DNA of 64,000 bases, taken from NCBI GenBank assembly GCA_963753975.1, contig CAVWEH010000001.1:354323-418322 (forward strand), given 5' to 3'. Shown piece after piece: positions 61,283 to 64,000 of this stretch. A program made the translations under genes and the position numbers. The stretch comes from an uncultured delta proteobacterium (GTDB taxonomy: Bacteria > Desulfobacterota > Syntrophia > Syntrophales > Smithellaceae). How positions within the stretch are numbered: position 1 is the stretch's first letter; every line of letters starts with the position of its first letter. The notes under the pieces were generated by a model, which ran no database searches, was not told the origin of the DNA, and was given only the letters and a program-made list of their open reading frames with translations.

Positions 61283-62206
61283 TCATTACCTCCGGTCAGC
61301 AGGTAAAGCAGGGCCATTCTTACTGCAACACCTTTATTTACCTGATCGAGAATCACCGAGTAGGATGGATCGTCGGCAATGTCCGGCGATATCTCCACTC
61401 CGCGGTTTATAGGCCCTGGGTGCATGACAATGACATCTTTTTTGGCCAGCTTAATGTTCGTGCGATTCAGGCAGTAATGCTGGGAATATTCGCGAAGCGT
61501 TGGAAAGATACTTTGTTTTTGCCTTTCCAGTTGAATGCGCAGCATCATTACTACATCCGCACCGGCAATAGCATCCTCCAGCTTGGTGTAAACTTTTACG
61601 CCCATCTGTTCGATATCTCGGGGAAGCATGGTTGCCGGACCGGCCAGAAAAACTTCCGCACCCATTTTGGATAAACCGTAAACATTCGATCGCGCGACGC
61701 GACTATGAGCTATGTCACCGACAATTGCTATTTTCAGTCCGGCGATTTTGCCTTTTTTTTCTTTAATCGTCATCATGTCCAAAAGAGCCTGTGAGGGGTG
61801 TTCATGTGCACCATCCCCGGCATTGATAATAGATTGCTTAACTAATGATGCGAGCAACTGCGGAGCTCCGGCAGCGCTGTGGCGAAGGACAATTACATCG
61901 GGATTCATCGCCTCCAAATTGCGTGCCGTATCAATGAGGGTTTCTCCTTTGACAACGGAACTTGTCGATGCAGAAATGTTGACCGTGTCGGCGCTAAGCC
62001 TCTTGGCGGCGATTTCAAAAGATGTTCGCGTTCGAGTGCTGGCTTCGAAAAACAAGTTAATAATCGTCTTGCCGCGCAGTGTCGGCACTTTCTTAATTTC
62101 GCGGGTGGAAATTTCCAGAAAAGATTCGGCAGTTTCCAGGATGAGATTAATCTCCTCTATCTGCCAGATCTTTCATTCCCAGGATATCTTTTTTCTTTAA
62201 TTTCAT
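61279..62206 (-). CDS. pyrB: Aspartate carbamoyltransferase catalytic subunit (one extra base near 62161 in this assembly)
   Basis: [46 protein letters not shown]. The N-terminus [10 protein letters not shown] is out of frame by +1. Confidence 0.95.
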
Positions 62207-62229
62207 AATCAGGTTCTAAAATTTAATGT

Positions 62230-62793
<564 letters not shown>

Positions 62794-62870
62794 TTATGCC
62801 TAGGCGCTTTTTTAGAGATTGTCATTTCTTGAAGCATTTTTAAACTTCCTTTGTAATTTCGCAATCACGG

Positions 62871-63046
62871 ATATGAACCTCAAAGCAAACTTTGGAGTTC
62901 ATATCCTCCGCCTATGGCTGGATTAATCCCGACTTTTGCGGGATCAATTCAACTGGCAAATTTCAATGCACCACGTTTTTGAAATTCGCGTTTCATGATT
63001 CCACTTACGCCTCAAACTTCATTTCATTCGTTTTCGGCGAGGCTCA
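62871..63046. repeat. Cluster of short palindromes inside the pyrR leader
   Basis: ATATGAACCTCAAAG...CTTTGGAGTTCATAT; ATCCCG-ACTTTTG-CGGGAT; CGCCTCAAAC-TTCATTTCATTC-GTTTTCGGCG. Confidence 0.55.
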
Positions 63047-63051
63047 TTAAT

Positions 63052-63152
63052 AAAAAAGCCTTCCCCCCTTACGAAGAAAGGCTTTATAAGCTTAGGATGT
63101 TTTACTTTCATTGCTAGTTCCTTTTTCAATCTCGCTGGATTAAATTAAAAGG
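63052..63152 (-). promoter_or_regulatory. PyrR-binding loop and attenuator terminator
   Basis: Minus strand CCTTTTAATTT-AATCCAGCGAGATT-GAAAAAGG (PyrR motif ARUCCNGNGAGGYU variant), then AAAGCCTTTC...GGAAGGCTTTTTT. Confidence 0.85.
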
Positions 63153-63166
63153 TCTAATTTTTTGTT

Positions 63167-63195
63167 CTTATACAACTAAGAAACTTATGTGTCAA
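63167..63195 (-). promoter_or_regulatory. Sigma-70 promoter for the pyr operon
   Basis: TTGACA-N17-TATAAG immediately upstream of the PyrR loop. Confidence 0.7.
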
Positions 63196-63295
63196 GACGA
63201 AAAATTATTCAAAATGCCTTTTGTTTAAAAAAAATAAATGATATAAGGAGCAAGCCTGGAGGGGAAAAATATGGCAATAAATCACGAACCTCATT

Positions 63296-63860
63296 TCTCG
63301 GCGGGCTTGCAGGTCCAGGTTGGAGGCCACGAAGTCCGAGAAGCCGCCCCGGATGGTCGATGTTGGCGACGATGATCTGCAGCTCGTCCGTCAGGTTGGG
63401 CACGAGCTTCACGATGGACTGGAACTGGTGCTGCACCGTGCGCACCAGCGCCTGTATGGCCATGGACTGCGGGTCGTAGTGCTCCTCCAGCCGGTGCACC
63501 ACCGCACGCAGGTAGGGCTGGGTCTGCACGATGCGGCCGAGGCGCAGGCGCGCCACGCCCTGCACGATGAGGCGGGCAGACCCGTCCGGCATGCGCCACA
63601 GCCGGTGAATGCGGGCCACGCTGCCGCCGGGTGCAGGCCGTCCTCGGCGGGCTCCTCGGCCTCAGAGTCGGTCTGGGCGAACACACCGACGAGGTGGTCC
63701 CCTCCATGGCCACTTCGGTGGCGCGGATGGTAGCCTGGCGCGTGGCCGTCAGCTGCTGCGGCATGTAGGGATAGACGACGCTGCCGCGCAGCGGCAGGAC
63801 GGCCATCTCCGTGCCGTCGCTCGGTGAGGCTTGGTCCTCGGGGGCGGGCTCCTCGCTCAC
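63296..63860 (-). pseudogene. lon: Lon protease N-terminal fragment in high-GC DNA (frameshifted, truncated at the junction)
   Basis: AGGAGG-GTG start; VLPLRGSVVYP, VFAQ, MPDGSARLIVQG--R, PYL-A, NIDHPGRL-DFVASNL spread over several frames. Confidence 0.8.
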
Positions 63861-64000
63861 TGTGCTCCTCCTGGTCCTCCGCCCGCGGCGCGCGGGGTGC
63901 GGCACAGGCACGACGTTGCCGTGCCCGGCGGGTGTGTCCCTACAGTACAGGACACACCCCCGCGCCCACCAGTGCCGCAGGTGAGGATGGATCAGGTAGC

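Noticed and set aside
63209..63911. ORF-track proteins 63209-63619 and 63291-63911 as novel genes
   Set aside because: They are frameshifted pieces of one Lon fragment running across the compositional junction.

Overview
A 64 kb stretch of mostly housekeeping chromosome from an AT-leaning anaerobe. Gene content suggests a Syntrophales/Desulfobacterota-like organism (inference, not verified). In order it holds: a partial FrhB/FdhB-family gene with iorAB; an oxygen-defence set (flavodiiron protein, rubredoxin, rubrerythrin); mutS; a ZraP/ZraSR-like sigma-54 module; fbp and a class II aldolase; a small TetR-linked accessory cluster; polyprenyl synthase, rimO, ftsK, plsC; rfaE1-yicC-gmk-rpoZ-pyrF-rlmB-pilC; tRNA-Pro(CGG); a cysteine synthase/CysRS-like fusion followed by amrB and amrA; a sigma-54 signalling and pilus-ATPase locus; glyQS, an OmpA protein, recO and pyrR-pyrB-pyrC with a PyrR attenuator. 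At about 63296 the sequence switches abruptly to high-GC DNA carrying a Lon protease fragment, most likely a contig junction or chimera. There are two best candidates for an under-described system. (1) 46165-53226: candidate c-di-GMP-I-like riboswitch, kinase, sigma-54 activator, sigma-54 promoter, then a receiver/repeat-helix protein, a roadblock-like protein and a GAF-PilB ATPase. (2) The cysteine synthase fused to a CysRS domain with altered active-site residues, next to MEMO1 and AMMECR1 genes. Several palindromic non-coding repeats are scattered between genes. Single-base frameshifts in pyrB, ftsK, rimO and others suggest sequence errors. No CRISPR array, prophage or transposase gene was seen. 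All calls rest on motif recognition by eye, with no database searches.
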